Assembly (NCBI RefSeq): GCF_009914755.1
Contig: NC_060938.1
Length of the DNA: 64,000 bases
DNA from: the human T2T-CHM13v2.0 reference genome, Homo sapiens
Direction: 5' to 3' (one strand)
Part shown: positions 14,698 through 28,686 of the stretch, in pieces
Layout: every line of letters starts with the position of its first letter
Numbering within the stretch: position 1 is the first letter of the stretch
Position numbers and translations under genes: made by a program
The notes under the pieces: model-generated
Database searches by the model: none
What the model was told of the DNA's origin: nothing
Seen by the model: only the letters and a program-made list of their open reading frames with translations

Positions 14698-16733
14698 TCA
14701 AGTGGTGATGGTTTTGTCAACTACGGCGTCTATAGTTGATTGGATGCCCCTGATAAGGAGGGGTAAGAGGCAGGGGAGTATTAAACAGCCTCCTAATATA
14801 GCTAGTACTATCCCTATTAATGTTTTAAAACTGCCAAAACCTGAAAACCAACCTCCAAAAAGGGAATCTAGAGACCATATTGGCTTCCAGGTCTGAACTG
14901 GGACATGAGCTAGCTTTTGCATTCTTGCAGTTATTTCCATGATGGCCTTTCTGTTATCATCAATTTCTAAACAACAATTTGTCAGATTAAACTTCCCGCC
15001 TATGCCTCCTTCCTGGGCTAGGAGGTAGTCCAAGCCTAGCCTATTTTGATAAATGGCATTTCTCATCTTTGTGGCTTGCTGGGCCAGCAGGTCTAATGCA
15101 TTTGCAGTTTCATTGGTGATGATTTCAAGTACTGCCTGCAACCTTATGATGCTGTTGAGCATGTAAATAGGGGTACAGTATCCCTGCATCCCATCTTGTG
15201 CCCATGTAGCTGGCCCATAGTATTAAATTATTCTTTCAGGAGGCCAATCGGTGTCCTTCCAATCTCCTATCTTTATATCTTTTTTTATGTCTATATTCCT
15301 TTTGCTCCTCCCCTTAATTTCATCATAGATAGGATACCCTAAAACCTCTCCCTGTTGTAACGGGTCAAGGAAGAAAGATGGTCTTATTGTCCCCAACACA
15401 CAGGCCCCTGTCCAATTGGCAGGTAATTGCCAATAAGCTCATGGCCCACAGATCCAGTCGAGGCCAGAAGGTGCTTGCTAGGTGTTCATTTGGTGCCTCT
15501 AGTTGATACCAGGAGTGGTTTAAAGAGTGAAAATGGGAAAATGGATTATGGCATGGCAACCTGGTTGTATCTTTACCTTGCTTATTATTGCCCCGCCATA
15601 AAGTTTTCCCTAATGTCTCATTGTAATATTGCTGTCCTAGGCAGACTAATTCCCCTACTGGGTTTGTAAAGGCTTTTCCCCAGTGGGCAATGCAGAATCT
15701 TCCAATGACAGAAGATTTTAGCAGCCAGACACTTGAGCTCGTGAGTGCCGGCTCTGGGGATGAAAGGGTTAAAGTGTAATTTTCTTGAGGCGATAGCTCT
15801 TTTGTTTCCCAAGGCCACTGGTTTCCCATATTTGTTCCTCCACAGACAAAGCATGAGGAAACACCTAAGCTGCCAGCTGTTTTCAGCCAACCGTGCAAAC
15901 AGATCTACAGCTATAGGAGGAGGAGCTTCAGGTACCTCCTGCTTAAAGTGCTCATTGAATGACTTAAAGACTTGGAACTGCTGCTGGGCAAGAAGGATTC
16001 AGGTTTTTTTTTATGTATATAATATAGACATAGACTCTTGAGTCTATTTCTTGGCTGCTGGCTTGTACCCTCAGTGGTGCTTTTAAACCTGTAGTCCATA
16101 CGAGCCAATTTGGCTCCAAGGTGGTAAGATTCACAGGATTGCAAATGTTAGTTTTACAATCTGGTTCTGAAGGTATTTTGGTAAGCATGATTAGCCCTAG
16201 TGATTGTTGGTTAGTAGGCCATGTTGCAAAGCCCCAGCAAGTTGTTACCAGGGAACCGGTGGAGCAAGCAGGGGATGCACACTTACTTTTATGGCAGCTA
16301 TTATAGTACTCCATGGAACTGTGGATTACGGGAAAGAGTGAGTCTATGGATGTTATCTGGCAAATATCAAAATACAAAGATGTGACTCCCTTGTGGGAGA
16401 GAGAAACTTCGGTCTTGTTTAAAAGACTTCCTTCCCTTGACCCAGTGCGAATCTCAAACCAGGCCCAGGTAAAAGCTTAGGGTCATAGTATACATAAAGC
16501 TAGCTATCCCCTGGGTCACAAACTGAATAGTTCGTTTGGTTGTACATACAAGTCCCCAGAGGGGTTCCTGTGCGTTCATAGTATGTATGGTACAATAAAG
16601 TCTTAACTAGTGTATTACCTATCCACGTAGTACACATGCAATGTGGACATTCCTCTATAGGCTCTTCCTCTCCTAGGACAGATATGGGGATCGACAGAAA
16701 CAAGGCAAGGTGTAGCATTCTTACACCTAGCAT
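14698..16733 (-). pseudogene. Retroviral env remnant, ERV3-1 env-like, with stops and frameshifts
   Basis: [65 protein letters not shown] and a hydrophobic TM segment; closely resembles ERV3-1 Env as remembered. Confidence 0.88.
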
Positions 16734-16949
16734 GGGCAGGGTGGAGGAGATTTGTTGAAGCAATAGCACAGCAGTAATATAATTAATAATACAAATAAGA
16801 TTACTGGACCTAAGATCTCTGGCCACATTTACTCATCTGATGATGACGACTCAAGCTTTCTGCCATGCGTAAACTAGTCAGCTTCCAGAGTGACTAGAGC
16901 AGAGCTTGCTGTTTTCTCAAGCTTCCACCATGCATAGACTGGTCAGCTT

Positions 16950-19900
16950 CCGAAGTAAGCAGAGCCGGGCTGTTGTCCTCTCCGCTGGGAACCCAGTCTC
17001 GTCGCAGGGTCAGCTGGGTCGGATGGTCTGGGTCCTGCTAGCTGGTCCTCTGGTCCTGGGCTGCCGGTTTCAGCCAGTCGTGGTGGATCCAAGGCACGAT
17101 TTCTGAACTTTAACAGCAGTGGGAGTGGACAAAATTACAACATGGGGCCCATCACATATGGGTCCCAGAGTTATGATTCCATTTCTTAACCCCAACGAGG
17201 TCCCCAGGTTTGAAAGGGTGTACTGGGTCTGTCAGACCAATGGGCATTCTTTCTTGCACCCAGCCATGCACTTTCTGCATAGCTAGCCCTAAAGCCTGCA
17301 TTTGCTTCCTTAGAGTTCTCCTAACTCACAGAGATCACCTTTAATTTGACCTGTGATTGGGGGTGGCCGGCCGAATAAAATCTCATAGGGTGAACACCCG
17401 GTTTGTTTTGTGCGGGTGCACCCGACTTGGAGGAGGACCACGGGTAAGACCTGATCCCACCTCAGGTGAGTTTCCTCACAAAATTTCTTCAGTAGCTGTT
17501 TTAGTGTCCAGTTCATGTGCTCCACTTTACCTGAGCTCTGCAGCCTACAGGCTGTATATAATTTCCATTTTATTCCTAATAGTCGAGTTAAGTCCTGCAC
17601 TACTTCAGCCACAAATGCCAGTCCATTGTCTAACCCCAGAGTCAGGGGTAGTCCAAATCTGGGAATAACGTCTCTTAACAATACCTTGGTCGCCTCTCAT
17701 GCCTTCTTTGTCTGGGTGGAGAAGGCCTCGACCCATCCTGAAAAGGTGCAGACAAGCACCAACATGTACTGATAGCCCCCTGCTCAGGACAGTTTGGTGA
17801 AGCCCATAAGCAGGTTTTCACAGGGATGGCTCTTGTTTCCTGAATTCCTGGGGGGTCAAGTGGGCCCTTGTCGAGGGTTGTTATGAGCACAAGTTAAACA
17901 CCGTTCACAAACTGCTCAAGTGATAGCCGTAAGCTGGGACACATAGAAGTGACAACCTAATAATGTCTCTAGTGCCGTTTTTCCCATGTGAGTCCCTTGG
18001 TGGAACTGCTTTACAAATCTGGGGGCCACCATTTCAGTTATGGCTAGCCTCCCATTGGAGAATTTCCACCATCCTCCTTCAACGTAGCTCCCATTTTCTT
18101 GGGCAAAAAAAGCCCTTTCATTTGGAGTGTAGCTTGGGGTCTCTGGGAGGGGAATTTCTGGAAGGAGAGGCATAGCCAAGGCTTCCTCTTTAGAAGGCAG
18201 AGTCACCACTGCAGTCTGCTTTGCCTCTTGTCTGCCTTTCTGTTTCCTTTCACCTCTGATGTTCCTGCCCTCAGGTGCCCCCTACAGTGCATTACAGCCA
18301 CCTGCTTCGGGGCCCACACAGCATCTAAGGGCTGTAGAATTTCTTCCTTGTACTTTCTTTCTTTCCCTCCATCAGTCAAGAGTCCTCTTTCTTTGTAAAT
18401 AGCCCCATGAACATTCAAAATGGCAAAAGCATATTTAGAGTTTGTGTGAATATTGGTCTTTTGGTCTTTTGCTAGCCAATGAGCCCTTGTCAGAGCTATT
18501 AGCTCTGCTTTCTGAGCAGAAGTTCCTGTAGGCAAAGACTATGCCTCTGCTACTGAGTCCAAAGTCACTACTGCATACCCTGCTCGGCGGGCCCCTCTAG
18601 GATGAAGCTGCTCCCATCAGTGAAATATTCAATGTCCGGGTCCCCGAGGGGCCGATCTGTCAAATCTCTCTGGCTTGAGAACACTTCATCTGCTACGTCC
18701 ACACAGCAATGAAGGGGGCAAGGTAGCCAGGTTTAGGGTATTTACAGTCTCTAAAGTTATGCAGGGATTTTCACATAAGAGCTCTTGATATCAAATCATT
18801 CTCGGATTTTATAACCATTGGTGCCCCCTTTTGTCCATTAAAGTTATAACCGAGTATGGTACCTGGATTATCAGTTGCCGTCCCAAAGTCAGTTTATTAG
18901 CTTCCTGTGCCAGTGAAGCAGTAGCAGCTAATGCCTTAAACAAGGGTCCATGCAAGTGCCACAGTATCTAATTGCCTGGATAAATATGCCACCGGGTGGT
19001 GCCATGACCCTATGACTTGAGTTAGGACCCCTATGACCATTCCTTTTCACTCATGGGCATATAAAAAGAAAAGCTTAGTTAGATCTGGCAACCCTAAAGC
19101 TGGAGCTTCAGTCAAGTCTCCTTTGATTTATTAAAAGGCCTTTTCCTGGGTGGCCTCCCAGAGGAGGGGCTCCTTCTTTCCCCTCTTTGTGGCTTCATAC
19201 AATGGCTTACCCATGAGTGAGAAACATGGGATCCAGATGTGGCAGAACCCAGCTGCCTTTAGTAACTCTCTCATTTGTCACCAGGTGGTTGGAGTGGGAA
19301 GCACACAAAAGCCTGCTTTCATTCACTACCAAGCAATCTTTTCCCTTCGCTTATATAGAAGCCTAAATACTGGACACTTTCAGAGCAGATTTGATCCTTT
19401 TTCCCTGACACTTTATATCCTGCCTTTATATCCTGCCTTCCATAACAGGTGCAGGAGGTCTTGGGTCTCCTGAAAGCAGTCCTTCCAGGTTGGGGCTGCT
19501 AGAAGAAGATCATCAATGTACTAGAGCAAGACACAGTCACTGCTTGGTGGGGTGTAGGCTTTAAGGTCTGAGGCCAGTGCCTCTTCAAAGATTGTGGGAG
19601 AGTCTTAAATCCCTGTGGCAGTCTTGTTCAAGTATACTGTGATTCACCCCATTGCAAAGCAAAAACAGGCTGACTAATCGGTGCCAGCTGGAGACAGAAA
19701 AATGTGTCCTTCAAATCTAGGACTGTAAACCAAGTGGCACTCACTGGAATATGTCCCATTAAAGTATACAGGTTTGGCAGCACTGGGTGGATGGTCACCG
19801 TGGCCTGGTTTACTGCACACAAGTCCTGCACTGGCCTATATTCTCCAGACGGCTTCCACACTGGCAAGAGAGGGGTGTTCCATAGTGACTGGCATTTGAC

Positions 19901-20537
19901 TATGGTTCCTCACCTGTGAAGTCAATCTAAGTGTTTGTGGACTCCCGTATGGCCTCAGGGAGAAGCGGGTACTGACGGACATGAACCAGAGTCGCTCCCA
20001 GTTTTAACTCCACTACAATTGGTGCCGGATTTACTGCCAGTTCCGGCAGGTTACTTTCAGCCCAAACTCCAGTAATTTTAGTAAGTAACCCACGCATTTA
20101 ATTTACTCCTGGTTCTGGAGTCTTTCCTGCATATAGTCTCCATTCCTCAGCCCGTGGGACAGTAAGGGTTAACACCATAGCCTCTGAGTGAGCTAGATTT
20201 AAAGTTACATCCCCTTGTGGCCCAAATGTAATCTGTGCCTGCAGTTTTTGAAATGGGTCTCTTTCCAGCGAAGGAACTGGACAATTTGGGAGGTACAGGA
20301 ATTCTTGTTGGACTCCTTGTCCTCCTATAACACGCCTCTTTGACTGACAGAAAGGCCTCTTCTCTGAGACTCCAGTGGCTCCTGCAATAGTTGCACAGTT
20401 CTTGGATAGCGGCCCTATAGGTCGGGTCACTGCTGAGTGCTCAGCCCCAGTATCTACCATAAAGTCCACTAGTTGGCCTCCACTTCTAATCTGAACATAG
20501 GCTCTTGGGTGCCCAAAGAGAAAGAGCCCGGTCTGTC
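16950..20537 (-). pseudogene. Retroviral pro-pol remnant (PR, RT, RNase H, IN)
   Basis: FMVDTGAEHS (protease), WFTVLDLKDTFFC (RT), SAQKAELIALTRA (RNase H), IPRFGLP..DNG..SSGKVEHMN (integrase); many disruptions; 3' limit approximate. Confidence 0.9.
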
Positions 20538-22379
20538 CTAGTCCTCATATCCTTCAGCCCTGGCCAGTCCGATTAGGTCAGTGTCTGGTTCCTCCCAGGT
20601 GCGGCAGCCCCCTGCTGGTGGCCTTCCCATACCACAGCCCTGACCATTCTCCTTGTTATTCTCTGGACACTCATTCTTCCAGTGTCCTTTCCTTTTGCAC
20701 TGCACACATTGATCTCTTTCTAGTCTCAGCTGACTCTCAAATCCCCATCCAGTCCGGCCTCTTCCATGCCCTCATCCATACCCGCATCCCCTTGCAAAAC
20801 CAGCTTCCCTTCCCGTAAGGGCAGCTGCCAGTAAATCAGCCTTCTTCTTAAGCCTTCAATCAGCCTCCCTCTTTGCCTCCTGATCATTGTTAATGTACAC
20901 CTTGGTGGCTACCTCAATAAGCTGAGTAGCATTCATACCCGCGAAACCTTCCATCTTCTGCAAATTTTGCCTGATATCACCCTGGGCCTGACCTACAAAT
21001 GACATATTTACCACATGCTGATTCTCAGTAGTCTCAGGGTTGAACAGGGTGTACAGCCGATAAGCCTCACAAAGTCTCTAATACAACTGGCTTGGGCTCT
21101 CAACTGCTCCCTGGAGCACCTCCGAGATTTTTCCTATATTAACTGCTTTTCTCCCACCATCCTTCAGCCCATGAAAGATTGCCTCTCAGTACCGCTGCAG
21201 GTGCTGCAACTGGGTTGCATCATTTGGGTCCCAATTGGGGTTTGTTTCAGGGAACTGACCCGTGCATATGCCTGGGCATTAACTGTGTCTGCAGGTGCAT
21301 TAGTTTTAGCCACCGGAGGGCTGCCTGTGTCACCCTCTGCCATTCCTCCATATTAAACAGGGTCAAATATGCATATGTCTGGGCATTAACTGTGTCTGCA
21401 GGTGCATTAGTTTTAGCCACTGGAGGGCTGCCTGTGTCACTCTCTGCCATTCCTCCATATTAAACAGGGTCAAAAGAAGCTGTTTTCAATCTGGTCACGT
21501 TGGATTGTGTGTCTGAAAAACGGACTGCATCAAGTCAACGAGAGCCTGTGGCTTCTCCATGTAAGAGGGAATATGATGCTTCCACTTTAGGAGGTCAGTG
21601 GTTGAAAAGGGCTGGTAAACGAAAGTTCACTCTCCCCTCTGGATGTGGCCATGCTGGTCATAATAGACAGGTCCCCTCGTCTCCCTGAGACGCATTTGCA
21701 GGACTCAGGTGCGGCCAGACCTGAGATGGCCTGCCTGACTTTCTGGGCTTTCCACTCTAACTTCCTGCAGCTCCAATTCCTCCTTCTTAGTTGAGGCTGG
21801 GGGAGTATACTCTCCCGGATTTAACTCCCCATGGACAGCTGGGGCTGCTGGCCTCACAGCTGAACTTGCAGAGGGAGCAGTTGGTCTCGGCAAAGGGGGG
21901 TGGCTTGGAACATGAGGAGGAGGAGGAAATTCTGTTTCCTCCTGAGGTGCCCGCAGAACTGGTTTATCTCGGCTTTCCTGTGACTTTCCCTTTTTCTCTG
22001 CAGCTGCCAGCATGGCTGATTTTACTTTCATTTTGTCTTCGGCTGCTCGGGCCACAGGCGTCTTACAATATGCTGCTGGGGGGTGCAACCACGCTGGTCA
22101 GTTTTGTATAACATTGAGCCATGAATCGATATAGGGAAATTGATCTGGGTACCCTGGCTGTCCTCCCACCCCGGTCACCACCTTAAACACCCGGCCAATC
22201 ACCTCCCTATCTATATAGCACCCTCGGCCGGCAGCCGACCCCTAAAGAAGGCCATTCTGATTCACAGAGAGTTTTCAACTTCAGGGGGTCAGCTTAATTC
22301 CATAATCCGCTGCAAAACCTTTCTTAAAATTCTTTAGTATACATTCCAGTGGAGTGGGTTTCCACGATTTTCCTCCCAT
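20538..22379 (-). pseudogene. Retroviral gag remnant
   Basis: ATG at 22379 (MGGKSWKPTPLECILKNFKKG); Cys/His knuckle-like sequence near 20680-20710; gammaretroviral TAG at 20538-20540 before the protease. Confidence 0.8.
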
Positions 22380-22389
22380 TTCCTCCCTC

Positions 22390-23290
22390 TACGACGCACA
22401 CTCACTCTGACTTCCTTTTTTACCGAGCAGAGCGTCTCCTATTACAGGAGTTTTCGGGGCCGCCTGGCTAGGAGAGTCCCCTATTCCCAGCACGGCCGCT
22501 GCTGCCACGGGGCAGCTCCTACCAGCCGCTTCGCCGCTATCCCAGGTCGGCCCCAGGCTTCGCTGGGAGCGCCCAGTCCACGCTGAGATCTGCGCCTCCC
22601 ACGTCACTCCCCGCACCGGCCCCTCCTGCAGCCGTCTCTTGCACGCCCTTTCACCCACTTCCCCTCCCCAGTTCCCTTTCCTAACCGGCCTGGCGGGCCT
22701 CTCTCCTGTGCCGCGTCGGTTGCGGCGTCTGCGGTACCCGAGTGAGCGACCCCCTCTCGCCGCCGCAGCCTCCCTGGGTCGGACTAGACGCACAGCCCGG
22801 CAGGTGATGGGGCTCCCCTCCGTCCTCGTGGGACGGGTCCTGCCTTGGGCCCCAAAAGCCGACCGCGGTTCATTAGCGCTGCTTCTGGGATCATCCCGCA
22901 GCCCTTTCCGCGCTCCTTTGCGCTGTCAGGGGAGGGGCCCCGGGGGCCTGGAGAGCCGGTCTCCCCTCCGGGCTGAAGTGCTCCCCGAGGCCGCCCTGGG
23001 GTCACAGATCGCCGCGACCAGAGCCCCAGACCCTCCGGCAAAGGAGACAGCCAATCTGTCCTCTCTTCTCCTCCTGGCTGCTGGCTCGCAAGAAAGGTTG
23101 CGGAACATCAGGAGGGCAAGGGACACCTCGGGGCATAGCAGGAGGGTCTTCACTGAGTGCACTCTGTCCCAAGGGACTCAACGTCCAAACAACTGGGCCC
23201 CGAACAAAGACAAGGTTTTGCTTATACACCTCCTCCTAAGTGGCACGAACGCGCACGTACAGAGGCAAGACAGAGGCCGTTAATCAAACA
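22390..23290. promoter_or_regulatory. CpG island over the provirus leader and the R/U5 part of its 5' LTR
   Basis: Dense CpG and very high GC in an otherwise CpG-depleted locus. Confidence 0.8.
23071..23091 (-). other. tRNA-Arg-type primer binding site (variant)
   Basis: TTGCGAGCCAGCAGCCAGGAG versus the Arg PBS TGGCGAGCCAGCCAGGAG (one substitution, CAG duplication), just after the 5' LTR. Confidence 0.8.
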
Positions 23291-23802
23291 AAGCCAGGCT
23301 TGTAACTCAGGGTTAGCAATACTCCTTCCCATGCAGCCCAGATGGTCATTACCTGCTTAGTTCAAAGGAGTCTCACAAAGACTCATCCTGCCACCCCCAC
23401 CATGGCATGTAGCTGGCTACAAGCCAGACCTGCTCAGGCTGTACTGCTTAGATGCAGAAGCAGGAACCTGCAATCATTAACTACAGGAAAAACAGAAACT
23501 CCTAAAACGTACAGAGCAAGAGGCAAGGTATAGTTTACATAGCAGAGGGGATGAGATTCGACAGGGAAGTTCACTTACACTAAAGGAGAGATAGGAAAAC
23601 TTACCTCTTTTCATCCTTATGCTGAGGGAGTGCTGGGAGAGTCTTCAGAGCCCATTCCTCTGAGCTCCGGCCCTTAGATAACATCATTGAAACTTTGCGT
23701 GTTACTGCCTTTGACGTGAGTCAGCCTAACACAGGCAGCTTGTTTCTTTCTCTTTTTTGATTTATATTTTCTTTCTTTAATTTTTTCTTTTTTCTCGTGT
23801 CA
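23096..23802 (-). mobile_element. 5' LTR of the provirus
   Basis: Aligns end to end with 13863-14573; terminal CA reads CC. Confidence 0.9.
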
Positions 23803-26800
23803 ACATTAGGTTGACAACTTGTGCTCTTTCCGGCTTTTTCACGTAGGCAGTAGTCACTATAAACTTTCCTCTTACCACTGCTTTTGCTGTATTCTTAAGG
23901 TTTCAATAACTTGTTACCATTTAATTAAGGTAATTTTTAAATTTTCATCTTATGCCATTGTTAACCCAGATATTACTCAGGAGCAGATTTCTTAATTTCT
24001 ATGTATTTGTTCAGTTGTAAGGGTTTCTTTGAGAGTTCATTTTTAGTTTTATTCTCCTGTGGTCTGAGAAGATACTTGATATGATTTCACTGTTTTAAAA
24101 ATTCATTGAGACTTGTTTTGTGACCTATTATATGTTCTATCTTGTAGAATGTTGCATGTACTGATTACAAGAATGTTTATTCTGCAGATCTTGGACAGAA
24201 TGTTCTGTACACATCTGCTACATCCATTTGTTTCAGTGAGTTATTTAAGTGCATTTTTTCTCTGTTGACTTTCAGTCTCGAAGATCTGTCTAGTGCTGTT
24301 ATGATTGTATTAAAGTCTCCCACTCTGATTGTTTCGCTCTCATTTTTTTAAATCTCTAATAGTACTTGTTTTATGAATCTAGTTCCTCTGGTGTTTGGTG
24401 CCTATAAATTTAGAATTGTAGTATTTTCTTATTGAATTGATCCTTTTGTAATTGTATAGTGATCATCTATGTCTTTTTTTTACTGTTGTTGCTTTGAAGT
24501 CCATTTTGTCTGATATCAAAATAGCTACTCCTGCTCACTCTTGGTTTCCATTTTTGTGAAATACCTTCTTCCAACCTTTTACCTTGAGTTTATGTAAATC
24601 TTTGTGTGTTAGGGGGATCTTTTAGAGACATCAGATATTTCCATTGTGATTTTTTAATCTATTCTGCCATTGTGTATCTTTTATATGGAGCATTTAGGCC
24701 ATTTACATTCAATGTGAATATTTAGATATGAGTTACTGTTTTCTTTGCCATGTTAATTCTTACCTAGTTTTTTTTTTTCACTGTGTTATTGTTTTATAGG
24801 CCTGTGAGTTTCAGGCTCTTAAGAGGTTCCCTTTATGTGCTTACTGGGCTTTTGTTTCAAGGTTTGCAACTCCTTTTAGCATTTCTTGTACTGCTGGTTT
24901 GGTAGTGACGAATTCCCTGAGCACTGGTGATTCTGAAAATGACTTTACTTCTTTTTCATTTATCAAACAGTTTGGCAGGATACAAAATTCTTGATTGAAA
25001 GTTGTTCTATTTAAGGAATTTGAAGATAGAAGCTTAATCCATCTGGCTGGTGAAGTTTCTGCTGAGAAGTCTGCCATTAGTCTGATGGGTTTTTTGTTTT
25101 GTTTTGTATTGCTGCTCTTAGAATTATTTCCTTCATGTTAACTTTCGGTAGCCTGATGACTATAAGCTTGGTGAAGGCAGTTTTGCAATACATTTCCCAG
25201 GAGTTCTTTGAACTTCTTGGATTTGGATATCTAGGTCTCTAGGCAGGCCAGGAATGTATTTCTCAATTTTTCTCTCAAATAAGTTTTCCAAACATATTAT
25301 TTTTTTTCTTCTTCAGGAACACCAATTATGCTGAGGTTTGGTCATTTTACATAATCCCATATTTCCTGGAGACTGTGTTTACTTCTTTTGGTTCTTTCTA
25401 AATTTATTTTTCTCTGATTTGATTATTTCAAAAATAGTCTTTTTTATTTCTTCTTTTTTCTTATTTCTACTTTATTCTTCTTCTTTTTTCATCTAATTTT
25501 TTACTTCAACTTTTTATTTTGTACTTTTTCTAGTCTCTTGTTTATTTTTTCTTCTACTTTTTTCTAGTCTATTTTTAAAACTTTCCATGGCATTTTGTAA
25601 TTCCCTTACTATTTCCCTGCATTTTGTCTTTTATTTTCAGAAGTTCTGATTGGTTTCTCTTTATGATATCTATCTCTCTATAAAAATTTGTATTTATATT
25701 CTGAACTGCTTTTATACATTTGTTTATGATGATATTCACCTTCTTATTATATCTTCTTGAGTAGCTTAATAATCAACATTCTGAATTTCTTATCTGGTAT
25801 TTTAAAGACTTCATTTTGGTTAAAGTTTATTGCTGGAGACCTAGTGTGACCTTTTTGGGATGTTATAGCACCCTGTTTTGTCATATTACTTGAGTTATTT
25901 TTCTCATTTCCTCTTATTTTGGTAGACTATTTCTTCTAACTAGTATTGAAATTATGTTTGTTTTAACTGTTTCTTTTGTTTGTTTTTAAATTTATTTTTT
26001 CCCTTAAGAATGAGACTTTAATGGTTATAATTAATTACAGTCTAATTTGGTTTTTGGTCCTTAGAGGGGTGAAGACTCTGTAAGAGTTCCGTGGTTATGG
26101 AGAATCTTTGTATGATGGCTTTCCTATGTGTTGATTGCAGTAGAAATCTGCTCAGTATGTGAGCAAGTTCACTGTCTTCTATGGGGTTAGAATGGTTGAG
26201 GTCTATTAAACCTTAGTTCATTCCTCTGTGGCATGCACGTATTTATTTATTTTCCCCCAGTGATTTATTTGCTAGTTTGATGGTTCAGGCTTCAGACCAG
26301 TAGGGGGCTTGTCCCTGGATAGAAACCAGCTGTGGCTAAATCAGGTGGTAAATGAAGTCCCAGCCTTGACAGAGTTGGCTGGAGGAGCTTTTAGTGAGTC
26401 ACACTGAGGTCTTATCTGGGGGAAGGGTTGGAGCCACCTCAGCTGTCTTGCCAGGTCTGTAGGAAAGTTATGCACCTCTAAGACACTCCCGTATCCCAGG
26501 ATTCCAGCTATTCAGATCAGACAGGCATGTCTTTTCCTCTGTACAAAAGTTGAAGTGTTAAATACAGAGGAATTGTGACTCTGTGTCTGGCCAAAACCTG
26601 AACCTGGAGAGTGCTCTTTCTGGGGGATGCAGTCAACATGATGTGTTCCAGAAATGCTGTCTATAGTTGCACCCGTACTGAGCTCTTATGGGAGAGACCC
26701 CAAGTGTGCCTGCAGTGGTGTACAAGGGGGAAAGACTTCCTCTTCTTCAAGTTTTTCACATGCACCAGGGATATCTGACTGTTGAGACAGAGCTGAAGAC

Positions 26801-27620
26801 TTTCTCTGCTGAGCTCAGCACTGTAACTGCCTCTACTAAAAGAAGTTTCCCACCAATGGAGGGATCTGATTGATGTTCAAGGCCTGCCATCCAGATTCTC
26901 CTGTCCCACAGGGTGTTCCCTCAATGTGGTGCACTCCCTTCCCCTAGGAGCAGGAGAACCTGGGAGCCATACTACTGTGAGTGTTGTTGCTTCTCTAGGT
27001 CTAGCCGCCCAGTGAAGTTGACACACTTCAGGCTGGTGTTGGGGAATGTATGTGAGGGATCCGGTGGTGTGATGTGTCCTCAATTTTTCAGCAGTGAGCA
27101 GTGAACCAGGTCTGATGGAAGCAGCAGGGGAGTGATGGAGACTGAAATTCCTTAGATATTGATAGCCTTTGTGTACTGGCTTTCTTGAATGCTGGTTATA
27201 GCGGTAATGAACTGTTCACATGGACAGACTCAGGACCTCCTGGTCATCCAGAGTGGTGCAGGCACTGGTCATAGCTGAGATCACACAGTCATTTTCTCCT
27301 TTCTGGGTGCAGTGATAGTCTACCAGGAGATACTGTGATGGACTGTTTATTGGCTTCCTGCTTGGAGATGGTGCTTTCCAAAGAGCACCAGCTACAGTAT
27401 TAACAGTGGGGTTTTTGCTTGGCTTATGTTGCCCAGGAATAGGGGCTACTGTGGATTCTCAGGCAGTGGGTGTGGCCATGTATCTCCCAAAAGATGCTGT
27501 CCTTTGTGTTAAGCTGCCAGGGCAGATGGCTGCATAAAGCAAGGTGAGGGCTGGGCCAGGTAGGTTTCTGCTCAGAGTATCCTTGTGCAGGGCAAGCAGC
27601 AGCCTCTCTGGGTATGGGAG
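23803..27620 (-). mobile_element. Continuation of the old L1 (ORF2 start, ORF1, 5' region)
   Basis: Resumes the L1 sequence interrupted at 13862; ORF1 remnant ADFSAET..LREFVTTKPAVQEMLKG; right boundary approximate. Confidence 0.8.
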
Positions 27621-27922
27621 ACACAGATAATGGTGAATTCTATTCTTAATCTGCTGTTTAATTTTGTTTGTCATCTCATCACTCTTGAGAGTTTTTGAAA
27701 CTATGATAATCAGGGATATTGGCCTGTAGTTTTATTTACTTGTAGTGTCTTTTCCTTGCTTTGGAAATAGGGCCTTCCAAAATAAGCTTGGATATATTTC
27801 TTTCTCTTTATTTTGTTGGAAATTTGAGTAGAGATTCTAGGTTTTTTTTAATTTTTGATAAAATTCAGTAGTGAAGCCATGAAGTTCTGGACTTTGATTC
27901 GAGATGTTGGAAAAATCACTGA

Positions 27923-28250
<328 letters not shown>

Positions 28251-28686
28251 CAGATTTTTTATTTCTTGGTGGTTCAGTTTTGATAGGTTGTATGTCTTTA
28301 AAAATTTGTCTATTTATTTTAATTTATTCTTAACCAAACAGGTTCTAAAATATTTGCAAGATTACTCACAGGAAATCTATTTATGACAGAAGTCTTTGTT
28401 ATATCAAAATATTTACGAATTGGCACAAAGATGAATTATTCAGTGCATATTGTTAAAAGGAAAACAACAACAAAAACAAGATAACTTATTAATGGTACAA
28501 AAAGGGGTTAAATGATTTTGGAAAAGTAAGTAGAAAATAAAAGAAGGAGGGAGTAAGAGCGGACAGAAGGGAGGAAGGCAAGCAAGCAATGATGAACTGT
28601 GTAAAATTTTCACTAATTAAAAGACTATTATATTGAAGAGGTGCCTATTAGGCAGCCTTTTGATGTTAACCATGTAATATACACCA

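Larger units (their letters stand above)
13863..23802 (-). mobile_element. Full-length defective class I (gamma-like) provirus, ERV3/HERV-R-like
   Basis: Two ~710-bp LTRs (13863-14573, 23096-23802); 4-bp TSD ACAT (13859-13862, 23803-23806); Arg-type PBS; gag-pro-pol-env remnants in order. Confidence 0.93.

Noticed and set aside
22389-23283. ORFs of 134-214 aa in the CpG island
   Set aside because: Expected by chance in very GC-rich DNA; no recognisable protein features
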